From NCBI GenBank assembly GCA_964188305.1, contig OZ076887.1: a stretch of 64,000 bases of DNA; one strand, given 5' to 3'. The stretch's first letter is position 1. Each line of letters opens with the position of its first letter. Shown here piece after piece: positions 61,869 through 64,000 of this stretch. The stretch comes from Podarcis bocagei (Eukaryota). The position numbers and the translations under genes are program-made. Under the pieces are notes generated by a model. That model was not told the origin of the DNA and searched no databases. It was given only the letters and a program-made list of their open reading frames with translations.

Positions 61869-64000
61869 TTTTTTTAAAAAAAATTTTATTAAGGATTTTC
61901 TTGTTTTACAGAAGTGTGATGCCTCGTTTCCCCCCCCCCCCCATGTAGCATTTTTACAAATCCGTTTCATTTGTTGAGGCATTAGGGGGAGAAGAAAAAA
62001 AAGTAAAAAGAAAGGGGGGTGGAGAGAGGGAAGAAGTGTGGGGGTGGGGTCGGGTGGCGGTGTTTCTATTATGTTTAATGTATGTAGAGTTTGGTGTCAG
62101 CGTTACTTGTGTTGTTCACTTGTGTTCCTTTGGTGGTGAGAGAGGTTGGGGTTGGCCTAGGGTGTGATTGTTTGCTTGTGATTGGCTGTGGTGATCTTTG
62201 TTTTCGTGTGTGAGTGAGGTGGGTGGGTGTTTCGGATCAGGTTAGCCATATTGATTTGTATGCTGTTAGTGGATTATTGTCATTGTCCTGCTGGGCTGTG
62301 TATGTGATAAAGGGGAGCCATACCGGGGTGAAGGCGTCTTCTTTTGTTTGTCCCCGTGTCAGTTTCAGTTTATTAGTTAATTTTTCTAATAGGGCTGTTT
62401 CCCATACTATTTGGTACCATTGGTCCATGTTTACTCCTGACAGGTCTCTCCAGTGTCTGGTTATGGTGTTTCTGGCTGCTGAAAGTAGGTGGGTTATGAG
62501 TTCTTTGTGGTGTAAATGGGCATTGTTGTCTTGGAAGATGTTTAGTAGGGCCAATTCTGGGGTGATGCCTATTACTTGCTTAGTTATTTTACATATTTCT
62601 TGTATGGCTGTTGTCCAGAATAGTTGGATTTTGGGACACTCCCACCACATGTAGAGGTATGTGCCTGTGGAGGTGCACCCTCTCCAGCATTTTGGTGAGG
62701 TTCCTGGGTGTAGTAGCACTAGTTTCCTTGGTGTTAGGTACCACCTGTAGGTGAGTTTCAGTGTGAGTTCTTTTCTTTTCGTTGATATGGATTTAAAGGG
62801 GGGTTTAGACCACATTCTGGTCCACTGAGTGGGGTTAATCTCATAGCCTTGTTGGGATACTGCCAGGGAGATAAAGTCCATCATGGCCCCCAAGCCGGCT
62901 GCCGGACGATCCATCGATCTCCCGTAGTCACGCAGTATCAGCAATTAGTGACATGAGCTCCAGAAATAGCCCAACATCTAGAGCCAATACACACTCTCTA
63001 TCAGCAGATAATGCACAGCCAGAAGTTGCACTCAGGAGAGCATTATTTACAAGTTTATTCAGCGTTGATCAGAACAAAGAAAGACATGACTGCCTGCGTC
63101 AGTGTCTCCAGCACACACAGAAACGAAAGCAACAGAAAACATAAACATCCTGTGAACAGGAAATACGCAGACCCTGTGACTCACAGCCTGCTCCCTTTTA
63201 AGGTGGAACGGAAATATCCTAACAAGCCTATGTCATTCTCCCATTGTTTTTTGATTGCATCTAGGGGATTTGCGGGATTTTGGAGTAGTATTTTGTATAT
63301 TGCGGATACCATCCCTTTACCGTTTCCCTTTGTTGTTAGGAGGAGGTTTTCGAAGGTTGTCAGGGGCCTAGTTGCTGCTGATTTTACTGTTGGGTTGTTT
63401 AAGAGGGCATGTAGTTGGTGTTGTGTTAACCAGGGCATTTGGGTGTCTTCTAGTTTGTCTTGTATTTCTTGTGTTGACAAGGGTTTGTTATTTTTATAAA
63501 AGTCTATTAGGCGATATAAGCCTTTGGTTCACCAGGTTTTTATCTGGAGGTTTTGTGCTGCATGGTGGAATAATGGGTGGTACGCCAGGGGGATTAGTGG
63601 GGATGGGGTTGGGGATAGTTTGCCTATTTGTGTTTTCCATGCTTTGAGCATGGTCTGTGTGTACCTGCTAAGTGTTGTGGGAATTTTCTTTAGTTTGTTT
63701 GGGAGGAGTGGGTATGTTGTGGTGCAGATATTTTCAATTGTGTCCCTCTCTAGGTGTACCCATTGTTTTGTCTCATCTTCCAGTATATATGGGATTATAT
63801 GGCGTATTTGGTTGGCATTGTAATATGCTTCTATGTTAGGGATTCCCCATCCTCCTTCTGAGGTGGGGAGGTGCAGGTATTTGGGGCTTATTCTTGGTTT
63901 TTTATGTGAGAAGATGAAAGAGTGTAGTTTTCTCTGCCAACTGCGAAGTTGGGTTGAGGGGATCCAGACTGGGAGGGTTTGGAATAGGTAGGTTAGTTTT
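61869..64000 (-). mobile_element. L1-clade LINE, 3' portion (ORF2 C-terminus, 3' UTR and A-tail), running off the window
   Basis: One frame reads KLTYLFQTLP...KKPRI...GGWGIPNIEAYY...KQWENDIGYEI...YRWYLTPRKL...CWRGC...MWWECPK. Stop at 62237-62239, AATAAA at 61890-61885, one internal TGA at 63531-63529. Confidence 0.93.
62850..63224 (-). mobile_element. Solo LTR (375 bp) nested in L1 ORF2
   Basis: TGTTGGGATA...TATCCTAACA inverted termini and perfect 5-bp TSD AGCCT (62845-62849, 63225-63229). Orientation inferred from the minus-strand AATAAA at 63059-63054. Confidence 0.9.

Noticed and set aside
62850-62944. N-terminus of the 235-aa ORF 62237-62944 as a standalone gene
   Set aside because: The first ~32 codons come from the solo LTR and the rest is L1 ORF2.

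Overview
Eukaryotic (vertebrate) genomic DNA, almost certainly a squamate and probably a lacertid lizard, judging from a full-length POM/Sauria-type SINE and Squam2/Squam3-like SINEs. The window holds the amniote gene block USP45(-) / TSTD3(+) / CCNC(-). I reconstructed the exons by hand from GT-AG boundaries, intron-phase continuity and similarity to the human proteins as I remember them; no search was run. USP45 (minus strand): a non-coding exon 1 in a CpG island near 46.7 kb, then coding exons 2-14 from 38692 down to 617. Most of exon 3 is hidden in a 200-N gap and the gene continues off the left edge. TSTD3 (plus strand): a complete 4-exon, 191-aa single-domain rhodanese (50152-54785). CCNC (minus strand): the last six coding exons (61839 down to 57142) plus a ~1.55-kb 3' UTR that ends tail-to-tail with TSTD3. 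Introns carry many Tc1/mariner and hAT MITEs, CR1/L2 fragments and tRNA-derived SINEs. The right edge has a young L1 ORF2 interrupted by a 375-bp solo LTR. No CRISPR array, rRNA or true tRNA gene is present. I found no clearly new biological system. The most interesting items are an interlocked bidirectional poly(A) site, the nested L1/solo-LTR next to a CCNC splice acceptor, a MITE built from tandem hairpins, and the intact, probably mitochondrial, TSTD3.
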